NCBI GenBank assembly: GCA_028278105.1
Contig: JANQEX010000043.1
Coordinates: forward strand, 1,055 to 65,054
Direction of reading: 5' to 3'
Length of the DNA: 64,000 bases
Source of the DNA: Alphaproteobacteria bacterium
Lineage (GTDB): Bacteria; Pseudomonadota; Alphaproteobacteria; UBA9219; RGZA01
How positions within the stretch are numbered: position 1 is the first letter of the stretch; each line of letters opens with the position of its first letter. Under the pieces are notes generated by a model. The model was not told the DNA's origin and did not search any database. It worked only from the letters and a program-made list of their open reading frames with translations. The position numbers were made by a program, and so were the translations under genes. This document shows positions 1-9,940 of this stretch, one piece after another.

Positions 1-498
1 ATAGACGAAGCCGCCTTCCGAACCGATCAGCGCCGCCACCTGCGCGCCCGCCTTGTCGCTGATCTCCGGAAGCCCGGAGGGGATCGTGGAATAGACCATG
101 AAGCGCCATTTCTGGTCCGTCACATCCAGCTTTTCGATCATCACCCTTATCTGGTGGCCGAAAGCATCGTAATAGGTATTGCCGGAGCCTTGCGCAAACG
201 TCGGCGACAGCAACCCCACGTTGGAATCCGTCATATAGGAAAGCGGAAGATCGGCGGGCACATCGACCGCATAGGAGGCGGGGTCAAAGCTGCCCACCGC
301 GATGCCCGGCGACAGAAGGCGCCGGGTGGCCTCCACGACCTGGCGGTATTGCTGCGCGGCCGACTGGGCCTGGAGCTGGGCGTTGCCGCTGCTGATAAGG
401 TTCCACAAGCCGCCAAAGATCAGGCCGCTGATGCCAAGAACGATCACAAGCTCCAGAAGCGTGAAGCCGCGTTCACGATGGACACGAAAAAAAGGCAT
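1..498 (-). CDS. Type IV pilin-like protein (minor pilin/PilV-like), partial. The start codon is at 498 and the C-terminus lies beyond the window start
   Basis: Reverse-complement translation from ATG at 498..496 gives MPFFRVHRERGFTLLELVIVLGISGLIFGG..., a class III prepilin signal (G|FTLLE). No stop codon occurs before position 1. The provided ORF track does not list it because it runs off the window edge. Confidence 0.6.
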   Translation of the reverse strand, partial: MPFFRVHRERGFTLLELVIVLGISGLIFGGLWNLISSGNAQLQAQSAAQQYRQVVEATRRLLSPGIAVGSFDPASYAVDVPADLPLSYMTDSNVGLLSPTFAQGSGNTYYDAFGHQIRVMIEKLDVTDQKWRFMVYSTIPSGLPEISDKAGAQVAALIGSEGGFVY

Positions 499-584
499 CG
501 GACACCTCGTCGCTCTGACTTGCCAGAAGAAACCGGTTACCACCACATCTCCACGTTACGCCATCGGCGCGCCGGGTCAATGAC

Positions 585-1172
585 CTATGGGGTGCATTGC
601 ACCGGGCTGATGATCCCGCTGGCGTTCAAAGGCACCGCGTCGCCGCCGCCGGCCGGAATGCCCGAAACCGTCACGATATAAGACACCCCGTCGTCGCTGA
701 CCGTCACGTCAATCGCCCGCACGCCGCCGTCATCCCGCACCGGGCTGAATCTGTAGTCGTTGCTCCTGAACTGCTTGTGAAACTGCTGCGCCACCTGAGC
801 CGCCGAATAGCCGCCGTATGAACTGCCCGGATTAATATATGTCAGCACCAGCCGCGAAGGGTGCGTGCCGTAAATGCCGTCGAAGACAACCGTTTCCCAG
901 TCAAAGCCCTGATAGTTCGGACGGAGATTCGTGACATCGGAATAGGCGATGGTGCCCGCCGTCGTGCTGAACGTGCCCGTTGCAACGTCGAGCGGCGGGG
1001 TGCAGGCGTACTCGATGGCGATATTCTGCCAGATCAGCAGTTGCCCCCCCACCCCATGCATCTGCGCGGCGAGGAACAACGACAGGGCCCCCACGATCTG
1101 CAGGAACAGACCGATGATGGCGATAAACAATACGGCGAAAGCGAACATGAACATCGTGGCGATTATCCCCAA
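585..1172 (-). CDS. Hypothetical membrane protein inside the pilus cluster (two N-terminal hydrophobic segments)
   Basis: 195-aa ORF, N-terminus MGIIATMFMFAFAVLFIAIIGLFLQIVGALSLFLAA. No prepilin peptidase or lytic transglycosylase motif is recognisable. It sits between the major pilin and the minor pilin. Confidence 0.35.
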   Translation of the reverse strand: MGIIATMFMFAFAVLFIAIIGLFLQIVGALSLFLAAQMHGVGGQLLIWQNIAIEYACTPPLDVATGTFSTTAGTIAYSDVTNLRPNYQGFDWETVVFDGIYGTHPSRLVLTYINPGSSYGGYSAAQVAQQFHKQFRSNDYRFSPVRDDGGVRAIDVTVSDDGVSYIVTVSGIPAGGGDAVPLNASGIISPVQCTP

Positions 1173-1177
1173 ACGCC

Positions 1178-1228
1178 TTTAACAAAAACATAACAAAAGG
1201 GGCGCCTTTCTCGAAGGCGCCCCTTTAC
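1178..1228 (-). terminator. Rho-independent terminator downstream of the major pilin gene
   Basis: Perfect palindrome aaggggcgcctt-tctcg-aaggcgcccctt at 1196..1226. On the minus strand it is followed by TTTTGTTATGTTTTT. Confidence 0.5.
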
Positions 1229-1249
1229 AGTCACACACTGTTCAGCCGA

Positions 1250-1831
1250 TTAACCACGCAGGCTGAAAACAAAGAAAGGCGCGGCCTGATCGGTGCAGGT
1301 GATCGACGTGTTGATGTCCGACGAATTGGCGATCAGGTTCAACACTTCCGCCGTTCCGCTGTTGACGACCAGCAAGCCCGATCCGCGAGCCACGTTGGCG
1401 CTGCGGGTCAGGAAATTGCGGCAGGCGTCGGCCTTCATGCTGTTGAAGGTCACGCGGAAAGACGCGATGCCGTAAGTGGAGGTCGTGTCGTTGACATCCA
1501 CGCCACCGCCCCATTGGTGGCGAAGGATCTTGGCGCTGCCGGTATCCACCACCATGTCGGCGGGAAGCACGCCAAGATTGTACAATTCGCTAACGTCCTC
1601 CGTGATGGTGTCGCTGGGGTTCTGGGCGTAAAAGCCGCGAATCCCCTGCACCAGGGCCAGCAACTGCTTGGCGGCATTCTGCTGGCGCATATTCTCATAG
1701 GCAGACCCGGCGGCGGCCCAGATGCCGCCCACGATCAATCCTACGATGCCCAGCACGATGGCGGCTTCGATCAGGTTGAACCCTGCCTTGCGCGCGATGC
1801 TGCGTATGGAAATTTTTTGAACATTCATCAT
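1250..1831 (-). CDS. Type IVb major pilin (PilS-like prepilin with long leader)
   Basis: MMNVQKISIRSIARKAG|FNLIEAAIVLGIVGLIVGG, a type IVb prepilin with cleavage motif G-F-x-L-I-E. GGAGGA lies upstream of the ATG at 1831. The ORF track's longer version (to 1987) is an upstream extension. Confidence 0.7.
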   Translation of the reverse strand: MMNVQKISIRSIARKAGFNLIEAAIVLGIVGLIVGGIWAAAGSAYENMRQQNAAKQLLALVQGIRGFYAQNPSDTITEDVSELYNLGVLPADMVVDTGSAKILRHQWGGGVDVNDTTSTYGIASFRVTFNSMKADACRNFLTRSANVARGSGLLVVNSGTAEVLNLIANSSDINTSITCTDQAAPFFVFSLRG

Positions 1832-1970
1832 GACCCATCCTCCGGGATACGGTTTGGCTTCAGACACCAAGGGAAGAATGCGAATCACCATAGAACAAAA
1901 CAGCCCTCCCTTACAGGCTTTTTTATTCACCAGCCTGTGGCGAATCGGAACGAAACCGGCCCCGAATCCG

Positions 1971-3068
1971 TCACCAGCCCCCACCACCCGTGTTCTGCAT
2001 TTCGGTAAGAATGGTGGTGATATTCAAAATCGTCAGCATCGCCCAGGCAATCACGCCGCCCACGCAGAGTAACCCGCCCGTGCGGACGGCTTGCGACTGG
2101 GTATTCAGAACCTCGATCTGCTCTTCAATCCATTCCTTGGTCACGGCGTCGATCACCTGACCCACATCCGACCGCTCGGACAGGATTTCCAGGTCCAGCG
2201 CCACGGTCGGGTCCGGGAAATAGTAGTTGCCGGCGCGCAGGGCCTCGCCAAGATTGCGGCCGCGCAAGATCTCCTCGCGCGCCGAACGCAGCCGTTCCGC
2301 AAGCCAGGGCGTGGCTTCTTCCTCAAGGATTTCCACGGCCCGTTTCAAGGGCACTTGCGCGCGAAGCAGCGCGGACAGGCCCAGCAGGAAGGCCGAGCCC
2401 TGCCAGATGCGGTACCAGGCCCAGGGTGGATAACGGTCGAACCGCACGCGCAGCCGCCCCCGCCAGTAGGGCAGCGTTCCGGCAACCAAAAAGATCACGC
2501 CGGCCACCACGACCACCAGGATCCAGCCCTGCTGGCTGACAAAATCCGACACGCTCGCGATTCCGCCCATGGCTTCCATCACCTTGGGCGGCGCGTTCTT
2601 GCGCATGTTCTCGACCAGATAAACGCCGAACAGATAGAAAACGCCCGACAGCAGCCCCAGCATGAACAGCGGATAGGCCACCGCCATGACGATGGCCGAG
2701 CGCATGCGCTGGGCGCTGTCGCCCACATGCATGATGGCGGACAGGGCGTTCGCCACCTGGCCGGATTCCTCGCCCGCGCGGATCATGTAGAGATCGGCCG
2801 AAGGCACCCAGCCGTTCATCGCCTCGCTGAGCGTTTCGCCCGCGCGGTCCTTTTGCAGCCATTCGCGCAGGGCCAGCGCCTGCGGCCTTTGCGGCGCGCG
2901 CCCCATGTCGGACGCGTTGTACCACAAGCGCTCCAGGGCCCGCGACAGCGCCTCGTTCTGCGCCAGCATGCCCTGAAGCTTGCGGTAAATCCGAAAGCGC
3001 ATCTTGCGGTCATTGCGCATGACAAACCGGGCGTATTTGCGGCGGTAATTTTCCATCAGAGCACCCAT
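1971..3068 (-). CDS. Type IV pilus inner-membrane platform protein (GspF/PilC/TcpE family; R64 PilR-like)
   Basis: 365 aa with three hydrophobic blocks and GspF-like repeats. Position between the ATPase and the pilin is typical. An alternative start at 3056 would abut the ATPase stop. Confidence 0.7.
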   Translation of the reverse strand: MGALMENYRRKYARFVMRNDRKMRFRIYRKLQGMLAQNEALSRALERLWYNASDMGRAPQRPQALALREWLQKDRAGETLSEAMNGWVPSADLYMIRAGEESGQVANALSAIMHVGDSAQRMRSAIVMAVAYPLFMLGLLSGVFYLFGVYLVENMRKNAPPKVMEAMGGIASVSDFVSQQGWILVVVVAGVIFLVAGTLPYWRGRLRVRFDRYPPWAWYRIWQGSAFLLGLSALLRAQVPLKRAVEILEEEATPWLAERLRSAREEILRGRNLGEALRAGNYYFPDPTVALDLEILSERSDVGQVIDAVTKEWIEEQIEVLNTQSQAVRTGGLLCVGGVIAWAMLTILNITTILTEMQNTGGGGW

Positions 3069-5167
3069 TTATCGCGGCGGCCCAAACGCTCTTCCACCAT
3101 GCGCACGTCCTTGACCGTGGCGCACGGCCCGGCCTCGGTTTCGGCATCGATGGGAGAAACATTGCCGTCGCGGATTTTTTCCAGCGCATGCCAGGCCATC
3201 GTGATGCCGTTGAGGCCGAAGGGCGAGAGCCAGTACCGCGTGGCTTCTTCCAGGCGGTTGTCGGCCAGATAGGCCATCAGCTTGGCGTCCGTTGCAATGA
3301 CTTCCGCCACAATGGTACGGCCCAGGCGTCCCTTGTAGCAATGGCGGCAGCCTTCCGCATTGACGAAATGCACGTTGCCAAGATCGGGCTCGTGCAGGTT
3401 GTCGTACGGATCAACGCCTTCCCTGGGCAGGCTGCGCGACGCCTGCATGACCGCCAAACCGGCCCGCACGCGGCGGATGATCGGGGCGTAGGCGGGATCG
3501 TCGGCCACCTTCGCCGCGGGGATGCGGCAATAGGGGCAAAGACCGCGCAACAGGCGCTGGCAGATCATGCCGCACACAAGGTGGTGATCGTAAACAAGAT
3601 AGGGCTCCGCGCCCAAATCCCGCAGGCGCTGGGGAATGGCCATGGCCGAATAGACGTGCAAGGTGGTGTAGACCTGGCGGCCCGTGAGGGCGAGGCGGAA
3701 AATAAAGCGCGCCGTCTGCAAATCGCGCGTCTCGCCCAGCATCACGATGTTGGGGTCCAGACGCAGGATGCAGCGCATGATTTCGGTAAAGCTGCGCTCG
3801 CGCTGCTCGTCCTTGACGGTGGCGGACACGCCGATCTGGCTGGCGCCCAGCACGCCGCCTTCGGGCGGATCCTCAATCATGTAGCATTTCTGCTCCATGC
3901 CGGTTTCGGCCATGTGCCGGTTCAGCATCACGCGCAGCGTGGTGGTTTTGCCCTGGTTGACGGGACCGGCAAAAATGCGCATGCCGCCCGGCACGCGGCG
4001 CAGGAAACGGATCAGCTCGGTCTGTTCCTGGTTGAAGCCCAGATGGTCCACATCGGCCTGGGCAAAGGATTCGCCAAAGATGCGCGCCGAGTCATATTGC
4101 AGGCGCATGTTCAGGTAACGGCCGCCGTCGGTCAGGGGCACCCACTGGCAACGCACGGCGATCACGCCTTCGGGCAAGGCGATGGTGTCGGGACCGGACC
4201 CCGGCGTGAGCATCGCGGCCTGCGGCTCCAGCCAGTTGGCGGTGGCGCCCGACTGGCCGGACGAATGGGAATAGACCGCGGACAGGAACTGCTCGCCTTC
4301 CTTCTGCGTCCAGGTTTCCCACTGGCGCATGATCCCGTCCACGCGGAACTCCAGACGGGTCCGGCCGCCGCTGGCTTCGATATGAATGTCGTTCGCGCCG
4401 GCATCGACCGCGGCCCGGATCGTGCGCACAATCTGCCGGCGCACCGCGTTCTCGTCGAGACGCAACGAAGAAATCTGCCGCTCGAAATAATTATAGGCCG
4501 AGCGGATCACATCCGGCGTAACCAGCCGCGCCGGACTGACCGGAAAGCCCATGCGCCGCGCCGTGGCGGCGACCGATGTCACCAGCGGCGAGTTGCGATG
4601 GCTGGAGCTGACCAGCCACAGCCCGCTATCGAACAGGGCGCACAGATTGCGCGATTCTTGCGGAATCTTGATCGGTCCGCCGATGGCCGTCAGCAGATTG
4701 CCCTCAAAAACGATCTGGGAGGAATCGTCTTCGGGAATTCCGGATTCTTCCACGGTCGCCTGCGTGCGCAAGGCGGGTTGCCCGGCGCCATTTTTATCCT
4801 TGGCGCCGGGAGCCACCGCCGAAGCAAGGGGGACCCGCCGCCGGCGGACGGCCTCGGCGGACGGCATGGGGGCGGAGCGATGCTCGCCGCCATGCTGGGG
4901 CTGCCTGGACATGGGCTTTTGCGGCGGCGCACCGGGCGCGGCTCCCTGTCCGCCGGGCGGAGGCGTGGACATGGAAGGTTGCTTGGGGGGGCCGCCGGCC
5001 TGACTCATATGTAGGACGTCCTTTACATCTTTCCCAGCCGCCGTTTCGCCATTGTCCCGCGGAAACAGCGTCTCAAACGGATCATCTTCCAGAGCGGATA
5101 ATTCGGATGGCTCAGGACCTTGGCCGCCCAAATGATCGATGAAACGGGCGAGAATTGACTCGGCCAT
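3056..5167 (-). CDS. Type IV pilus assembly ATPase (GspE/PilB family; R64 PilQ-like) with Pro-rich N-terminal extension
   Basis: Walker A GPVNQGKTTT, Asp box and His box. C-terminal tetra-Cys CPYC...CRHC. The start ATG overlaps the stop of the upstream gene by 1 nt. Confidence 0.85.
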   Translation of the reverse strand: MAESILARFIDHLGGQGPEPSELSALEDDPFETLFPRDNGETAAGKDVKDVLHMSQAGGPPKQPSMSTPPPGGQGAAPGAPPQKPMSRQPQHGGEHRSAPMPSAEAVRRRRVPLASAVAPGAKDKNGAGQPALRTQATVEESGIPEDDSSQIVFEGNLLTAIGGPIKIPQESRNLCALFDSGLWLVSSSHRNSPLVTSVAATARRMGFPVSPARLVTPDVIRSAYNYFERQISSLRLDENAVRRQIVRTIRAAVDAGANDIHIEASGGRTRLEFRVDGIMRQWETWTQKEGEQFLSAVYSHSSGQSGATANWLEPQAAMLTPGSGPDTIALPEGVIAVRCQWVPLTDGGRYLNMRLQYDSARIFGESFAQADVDHLGFNQEQTELIRFLRRVPGGMRIFAGPVNQGKTTTLRVMLNRHMAETGMEQKCYMIEDPPEGGVLGASQIGVSATVKDEQRERSFTEIMRCILRLDPNIVMLGETRDLQTARFIFRLALTGRQVYTTLHVYSAMAIPQRLRDLGAEPYLVYDHHLVCGMICQRLLRGLCPYCRIPAAKVADDPAYAPIIRRVRAGLAVMQASRSLPREGVDPYDNLHEPDLGNVHFVNAEGCRHCYKGRLGRTIVAEVIATDAKLMAYLADNRLEEATRYWLSPFGLNGITMAWHALEKIRDGNVSPIDAETEAGPCATVKDVRMVEERLGRRDKWVL

Positions 5168-5943
5168 TAGTCCATAGCTTCCGTTCCGCCCCGTACGATG
5201 TAATTGTCTGACGGAATCGTTAGAACTTTTCTTTTGCCCTTTTTCACAATGGAAACGCTCGTCAGGGTAATGCTCTTGACCCTGCTTCCATCCGGCAGTT
5301 TCTCACCGGGGCCAACGTTGAGCGTCCTTTTGTCCGACTCGATCAACGCCTTATAGCTCCCGTTGGCTCCCATGATCCGGCGCACCACATACTTGCCGGA
5401 CGCCGGGGGCGGCGGACGCTTGGTCACCCGCGGCCGGGGCATGATCGGCGCGGAAGAATTGGCTCGCACCGGCGGCAGTTTCAGCACCGAAGCCGGAATG
5501 CCTTTGCCGATGCCCAGTTGTCTCCGGGCCGGTTTCTTCTTCTCATCACGCAGTTTTTTCAGCTCAACCTGCCTCTTTTCGATATCAAGCAGCAAATCAA
5601 GACGGTTGATGGCATCCTGCGCGCGAATCATGTCGTCCAGATTGATGGGATCGGTTTTTTGCAGGGCCTTCACCGCATCCCTTACGATCTGCGGCTCCTT
5701 GGGCGATGTGGTGAGGTTGGACTTATCCCCGGCGCGGGATGACGGCCGGGCCATTCCCGCGGGAGACGCCGTATGGGACGTCATGGGCGGCGCGCTTCCC
5801 GCAATGGGAAGCGGCACGGTGGCCGTCGCCGGCGGGAGGTCCCTGGCCAGAACCTCCGGCCTTTCGGCGGCGAGCGCCCCCGGCATGCCCAGCCCCAGAA
5901 GCAGGGTTCCCGCCATGACGGCGGTCAGGGTTTTCTTGCGCAT
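5167..5943 (-). CDS. PilP-like pilus biogenesis protein (signal peptide, Lys-rich linker, C-terminal beta domain)
   Basis: MRKKTLTAVMAGTLLLGLGMPGALAAE signal peptide. Position between PilO-like and the ATPase. ATG at 5943 lies 1 nt after the upstream TGA. Confidence 0.4.
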   Translation of the reverse strand: MRKKTLTAVMAGTLLLGLGMPGALAAERPEVLARDLPPATATVPLPIAGSAPPMTSHTASPAGMARPSSRAGDKSNLTTSPKEPQIVRDAVKALQKTDPINLDDMIRAQDAINRLDLLLDIEKRQVELKKLRDEKKKPARRQLGIGKGIPASVLKLPPVRANSSAPIMPRPRVTKRPPPPASGKYVVRRIMGANGSYKALIESDKRTLNVGPGEKLPDGSRVKSITLTSVSIVKKGKRKVLTIPSDNYIVRGGTEAMD

Positions 5944-5944
5944 A

Positions 5945-7198
5945 TCAACCTCCCCTTTTCTCGTAAATGGTCGCATCCATCGACCAGCTTATTCCGTCCC
6001 AAATAATTTTCCGAATGATCAGACCCGGCATGTCCTTGAACAACCCGATATAATCCCATGGCGGAACCTTGCCGCTGTAACGCACGCCGCGCTTGCGCCA
6101 GGGCGGCGGCGGCGGCGGCGGGGGGTTTTTGACCCTGGACGGCGGCTGCACGACCGGTTTGTCGTCGGGCAGGCGCGAAAGCGAAACCGGCCAGGCTTTG
6201 GTCAGGACAAGATGGGTCACTTCCTTTTCCTCCAGAAGCGCTTCGGCGCCGCGCGGCTGCAGGGTTCCCGACCGGAAAAGCTGCGTGGCGTTCACGCCCT
6301 GAACATTCAGCAAGGCCTTGTCGGGAATCGCGGCGAGCTTTCCGGAATCGCGCCGCCAGATCACGCTTAAGCCGCCGCCCTGACAGGTGGAAATGCCTTT
6401 CTTCCAGCCATACTGGCTGGCCGCCGCCGTTTCAAAATTCTGCCGGCACGCCTCGAACGCCTCGGACGCCACCGGTTTTTTCTCCCAGACCTTGGCATAG
6501 ACTTCTTCGGCCGGCGGCCATTTCCATTCTTCCACCATGCCGCCGATAACGCCTTTTTGCTGGGCGCGCTGGGCGGCCAGGCGTTCCCTTTCAACACGAT
6601 CCTGCTCCGCCTGGTATTGAAGGGCGATAAAGACCAGAAGCACAATCGCCCCGACCGCCGCCGCCGCATAGACCAAAAGCTTAAGCGGCAAATGGACCGG
6701 CTGCAGGCGGCAATCGGTGCGGTCCTGCAGAAGAAGCGGCAAGGGCGTGGGATCCGAGCCGGGAATTGACCAGCCGTCCGGCGCGTAGATGCGTTGCACG
6801 CCGCCAAGGGATATTTCCTGGAGCAGCCGCTCGCGCGCGGCCTCGTCGCTGTCGAAAAGAAGGTCACCGTCGGGCGCAACAAGATCGTCGCGCACCACCG
6901 TGACCCAGGTTCCTTCCCGCAGGCGGAACGCGCCCGCCCAGGAGCCCGGCTGCACATTGGCCAGCGACGCCGCCAGGGTCGGCATGCCCACCTTGTGCCC
7001 CAGACTGGATTGGGCCAGGCCATATTGCGGGACGGAAACCGACTTGCTGACTCCGCGAACGCAATAGAAATCCGCCTGCTGGCCGGGCTGAAGCGCCGCC
7101 TCACGCGCCGCCTGCGCCACGCGGCCGCTGGGCGAAGGCTGCCAGTACAGGCCCACCGCATAGGTGCGCCGGCCGACTTTGACAACGCCAGAGGCCAT
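5945..7198 (-). CDS. PilO-like type IVb pilus accessory protein (bitopic: cytoplasmic N-domain, TM, periplasmic domain, poly-Pro tract)
   Basis: N-terminus MASGVVKVGRRTYAVGLYWQP resembles the R64/PAPI-1 PilO family. Single TM LLVYAAAAVGAIVLLVFIAL. Overlaps the secretin stop by 1 nt. Confidence 0.5.
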   Translation of the reverse strand: MASGVVKVGRRTYAVGLYWQPSPSGRVAQAAREAALQPGQQADFYCVRGVSKSVSVPQYGLAQSSLGHKVGMPTLAASLANVQPGSWAGAFRLREGTWVTVVRDDLVAPDGDLLFDSDEAARERLLQEISLGGVQRIYAPDGWSIPGSDPTPLPLLLQDRTDCRLQPVHLPLKLLVYAAAAVGAIVLLVFIALQYQAEQDRVERERLAAQRAQQKGVIGGMVEEWKWPPAEEVYAKVWEKKPVASEAFEACRQNFETAAASQYGWKKGISTCQGGGLSVIWRRDSGKLAAIPDKALLNVQGVNATQLFRSGTLQPRGAEALLEEKEVTHLVLTKAWPVSLSRLPDDKPVVQPPSRVKNPPPPPPPPWRKRGVRYSGKVPPWDYIGLFKDMPGLIIRKIIWDGISWSMDATIYEKRGG

Positions 7199-8883
7199 TA
7201 GTCATTCTCCGTCCTCGGTAGCGAAATTTCCTGCGGGGTCATCGCAAGGAACAATATCTGCCGGACCCTGCTGTTCCCGACGCCGCCGCCGAGAAGATAG
7301 TTATAGGGATTGCCGATGCCCGCCGAGTTCTGGGTGATCTGGTCCTGGTCATAGCCGGCCAGAACCAGCGTGGAGCCGGAACGCAGCATGGATTGCTGCA
7401 CGAAGATGCGGCTGGCGGTACGCGGCAACTGGATCTGGTTATCGCCCGACGAGAAGCTTGAGATTTCCAGAATGTCGATCAGCGACAGCGAGTATTGCAA
7501 AAGAACGTTGCCGTTCTCCATGATGCGCGGCGTCACCTGGATGGAGAAGCCGTCGCGGATGATGCCGGGCGTCAGCGTGGTGTTCTGGAAGGTCTGGCTG
7601 GTGTTGGTCTGCACCGACGCCAGATAGGTGCGGTCCTGACCCACGCGGCGCGACACCGGCCGGTTGTTGAGCGTGGTCATGGGGAAGGCCGCCACCCGCA
7701 CCGTCTTGCCCACCGTGGACAGCAGGTCGAACATGCTGGTGATCTCGCCGACCGTTTCCGGATTCAAGACCGCAATCGAGAGCGAACCCAGCGAGGGAGT
7801 CGTGACCTGGGAGGGCGCGCCCGGCGAGGTGAAATTCGCGCCGAAATTCGTCAGGCGGCGCAGGGCCGTGTCGAAGCTGGTGTTGAAATCCTCGCCCTCG
7901 TTGATGTCGACCGTATAGACCTCGACATTGATGGCCACCTGCCGGGAGAGGCGACTGTTTTCCTGTTTGATGTAGTCGGCCACCGTGCGCATGATGGACG
8001 GCGTGGTGATGACCGTGATGGTGCCGCTGCTGGGCGCCAGCGAATAGCTGCCGGTGCCGTTCAGGATGACTTCCAGCGTTTTGCCGACTTCATCCCAGAA
8101 CTTGAAGTCGATCTCCATCGACGACGTCTGTTGCGCGGCCTGCTGGCTGATGGTGGTGATCTGCGCGCTGCTGGACGACGACTGGCTGTCGCTGTCCGCT
8201 TCCCTCATGCCGTCGGACACTTTCTGGGTTCCGGGCAGGGACTGGATCACGAAAACCCGCGTCTCGTATTTGGAGATGACAACCGCGCCGTTTTCATACT
8301 TCCACGTCACGCCAAAATGGCTGGCGGCGCGGTTCAGCAGGCCGGAAAGCGGTCCCTCATAGGCGATCTGCATGCCCGGCCGGGCGTTGCGCCGCGCCGC
8401 GGATTTCGACCGGACAGGCCGCCTGGATTTTTTCGAGGCGGCGGCGGGCGCCGCCGTCCGAACCGAAGCGATCAGGGCGTCATCCTCGTCGGGACCGTCA
8501 TCGGCTTCCTTGTCGAGGCGGACCGGAATGCCCGTCTGGGCGGAAATGGCGTTGGCAATGCTGCGCAGCGACATCGGCGTGGCGGAGATCAGCGCCACGG
8601 CCCGGCGCGATTCCACGCGCCGCGGCAAGGGCACGCCATGGCGCATGCGAATGGCCGTGCCGCCGCCCCAGATGGAATCGGTCACGGTCAACGGATTATA
8701 GCTGCGCTTCGGCGCGGGTGCGGCTCCTTCCCGAACACGCTGTTCGGCCACGGCCGCTTTTGCCGAAATGGTATTGCGGTATTCTTCGGTATGGCATCCC
8801 GTCAGCGCCAGGGCCATGAGGACGGCGCCTCCCACCAGAGGCAGCGGATTCCTGTTTATACGATGCTGCGAGAGAAAAGCCAT
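7198..8883 (-). CDS. Secretin lipoprotein of the type IVb pilus (R64 PilN/BfpB-like)
   Basis: Lipobox LALTGC after a signal peptide. C-terminal secretin domain with VRVAAFPMTTLNNRPVSRRVGQDRTYL...STLVLAGYDQD. Start set at the internal Met (MAFLSQ...) 1 nt after the upstream TAG. Confidence 0.75.
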   Translation of the reverse strand: MAFLSQHRINRNPLPLVGGAVLMALALTGCHTEEYRNTISAKAAVAEQRVREGAAPAPKRSYNPLTVTDSIWGGGTAIRMRHGVPLPRRVESRRAVALISATPMSLRSIANAISAQTGIPVRLDKEADDGPDEDDALIASVRTAAPAAASKKSRRPVRSKSAARRNARPGMQIAYEGPLSGLLNRAASHFGVTWKYENGAVVISKYETRVFVIQSLPGTQKVSDGMREADSDSQSSSSSAQITTISQQAAQQTSSMEIDFKFWDEVGKTLEVILNGTGSYSLAPSSGTITVITTPSIMRTVADYIKQENSRLSRQVAINVEVYTVDINEGEDFNTSFDTALRRLTNFGANFTSPGAPSQVTTPSLGSLSIAVLNPETVGEITSMFDLLSTVGKTVRVAAFPMTTLNNRPVSRRVGQDRTYLASVQTNTSQTFQNTTLTPGIIRDGFSIQVTPRIMENGNVLLQYSLSLIDILEISSFSSGDNQIQLPRTASRIFVQQSMLRSGSTLVLAGYDQDQITQNSAGIGNPYNYLLGGGVGNSRVRQILFLAMTPQEISLPRTEND

Positions 8884-8884
8884 G

Positions 8885-9940
8885 CTAGTCCCCATAGTGA
8901 TTGCCCGAAGCCTCGACGACCAAAGTCGATTGGCCCGCGGCCGGGTTGTAATGCAAACGGCCATACGGAATGGGTTTGGCCGTGTTAAATCCGGAAAGCA
9001 GCGTGCGCACCGCATCCTCGAACGATCCGGTCATGTTCATCGACGCCATCACCGGGTAATCGAACTCGGCCTGCCAGTTCAACTCGGTGCCGGTGCGCGC
9101 GCACCATTCCTGCAGCGTTGTCCGCAGGGTCTGGCCGGGGCGCGCTTCCCAGGTCTGCGCGCGGAACAGGGGCGGCGTCTCAATCTGCAAGGGATGCGCG
9201 CCCATGAATGAAGCCTGCGGCGGCATCGCATGGGGCTGCATCATCATCGGCGGATAGGGCTGCGCCGCCATGGCCATGCCGGGCTGATAGGGCGGCACGG
9301 CGCCCGTGTCCTGAATGAAAAGCGGCTGGGAGGGCGGCGGCGCAGGCACGTAATTCTGGGCGACCGGAGGCGCGGCCAGAGGCGCCACGGGCGGCGCGCC
9401 GGAAACCACCATGGGCGCCGCATGGGGGTTCGACACGGTCACAAGCCGGTCATGAATCTGATAGGCAAGCCCGGCGGGACCCAGCATTTCCGTCAGGACC
9501 GTTTGCCAGGGACGTCCGCCGCGCCAACTCACGAACTGGCCGGGATTGACGCCATCGCCAAGAGCATAGCCAAAGCCCTGCGGCAGAACCTCCTGCAACG
9601 CGATGGTCAAGGGAACCTGATCGGCAAAGCCTTCCACAATGCCGGCGGCGGCCGGGGGCATGGGCGAGCCCTGAATGACGACCGGCTCCTGCGCGGGCAA
9701 GGCGCCGCGCGTTTCGAACGCGATGCTCGTTCCCGCCATCGGCGCGGAAACTGTTTTCGCCGCCCATTCACCCGCCGTTTCACCTGCCGTTACCGATGGC
9801 ACGGGCTTCACGACGTTGACCGTGGAAAACCCGGCATGGGACGGCATTGTGGGCAAAAGCAGCGCAACTGTGGAAATCGTAAGGAGGAACGCTTGCGCCG
9901 TCCCTCCCGTATGTTTCTTGTTTTGCTGTAGGTTTCGCAT
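8885..9940 (-). CDS. PilL-like pilus biogenesis protein with TcpQ-like C-terminal domain and Pro-rich middle
   Basis: Signal peptide MRNLQQNKKHTGGTAQAFLLTISTVALLLPTMPSHA. First gene of the pil block, immediately upstream of the secretin as in ICE/R64 pilL-pilN. Confidence 0.45.
   Translation of the reverse strand: MRNLQQNKKHTGGTAQAFLLTISTVALLLPTMPSHAGFSTVNVVKPVPSVTAGETAGEWAAKTVSAPMAGTSIAFETRGALPAQEPVVIQGSPMPPAAAGIVEGFADQVPLTIALQEVLPQGFGYALGDGVNPGQFVSWRGGRPWQTVLTEMLGPAGLAYQIHDRLVTVSNPHAAPMVVSGAPPVAPLAAPPVAQNYVPAPPPSQPLFIQDTGAVPPYQPGMAMAAQPYPPMMMQPHAMPPQASFMGAHPLQIETPPLFRAQTWEARPGQTLRTTLQEWCARTGTELNWQAEFDYPVMASMNMTGSFEDAVRTLLSGFNTAKPIPYGRLHYNPAAGQSTLVVEASGNHYGD

Noticed and set aside
154-681. 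175-aa plus-strand ORF at the window start
   Set aside because: It lies antisense to the pilin-like gene (1..498, minus) which carries a canonical prepilin motif. It has no RBS or motif support.
3188-5014. 608-aa plus-strand ORF antisense to the PilQ-like ATPase. Similar long antisense ORFs at 7495..8988, 22810..25335, 27313..30123, 11375..12598, 12616..13608, 34354..35178 and 37341..38558.
   Set aside because: Arg/Ala/Gly-rich low-complexity translations typical of high-GC antisense frames. Each is completely contained in a well-supported minus-strand gene with clear motifs.
5363-6370. 335-aa plus-strand ORF across the PilP/PilO junction
   Set aside because: Antisense to two coupled minus-strand genes. 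Low-complexity Arg/Gly-rich product.
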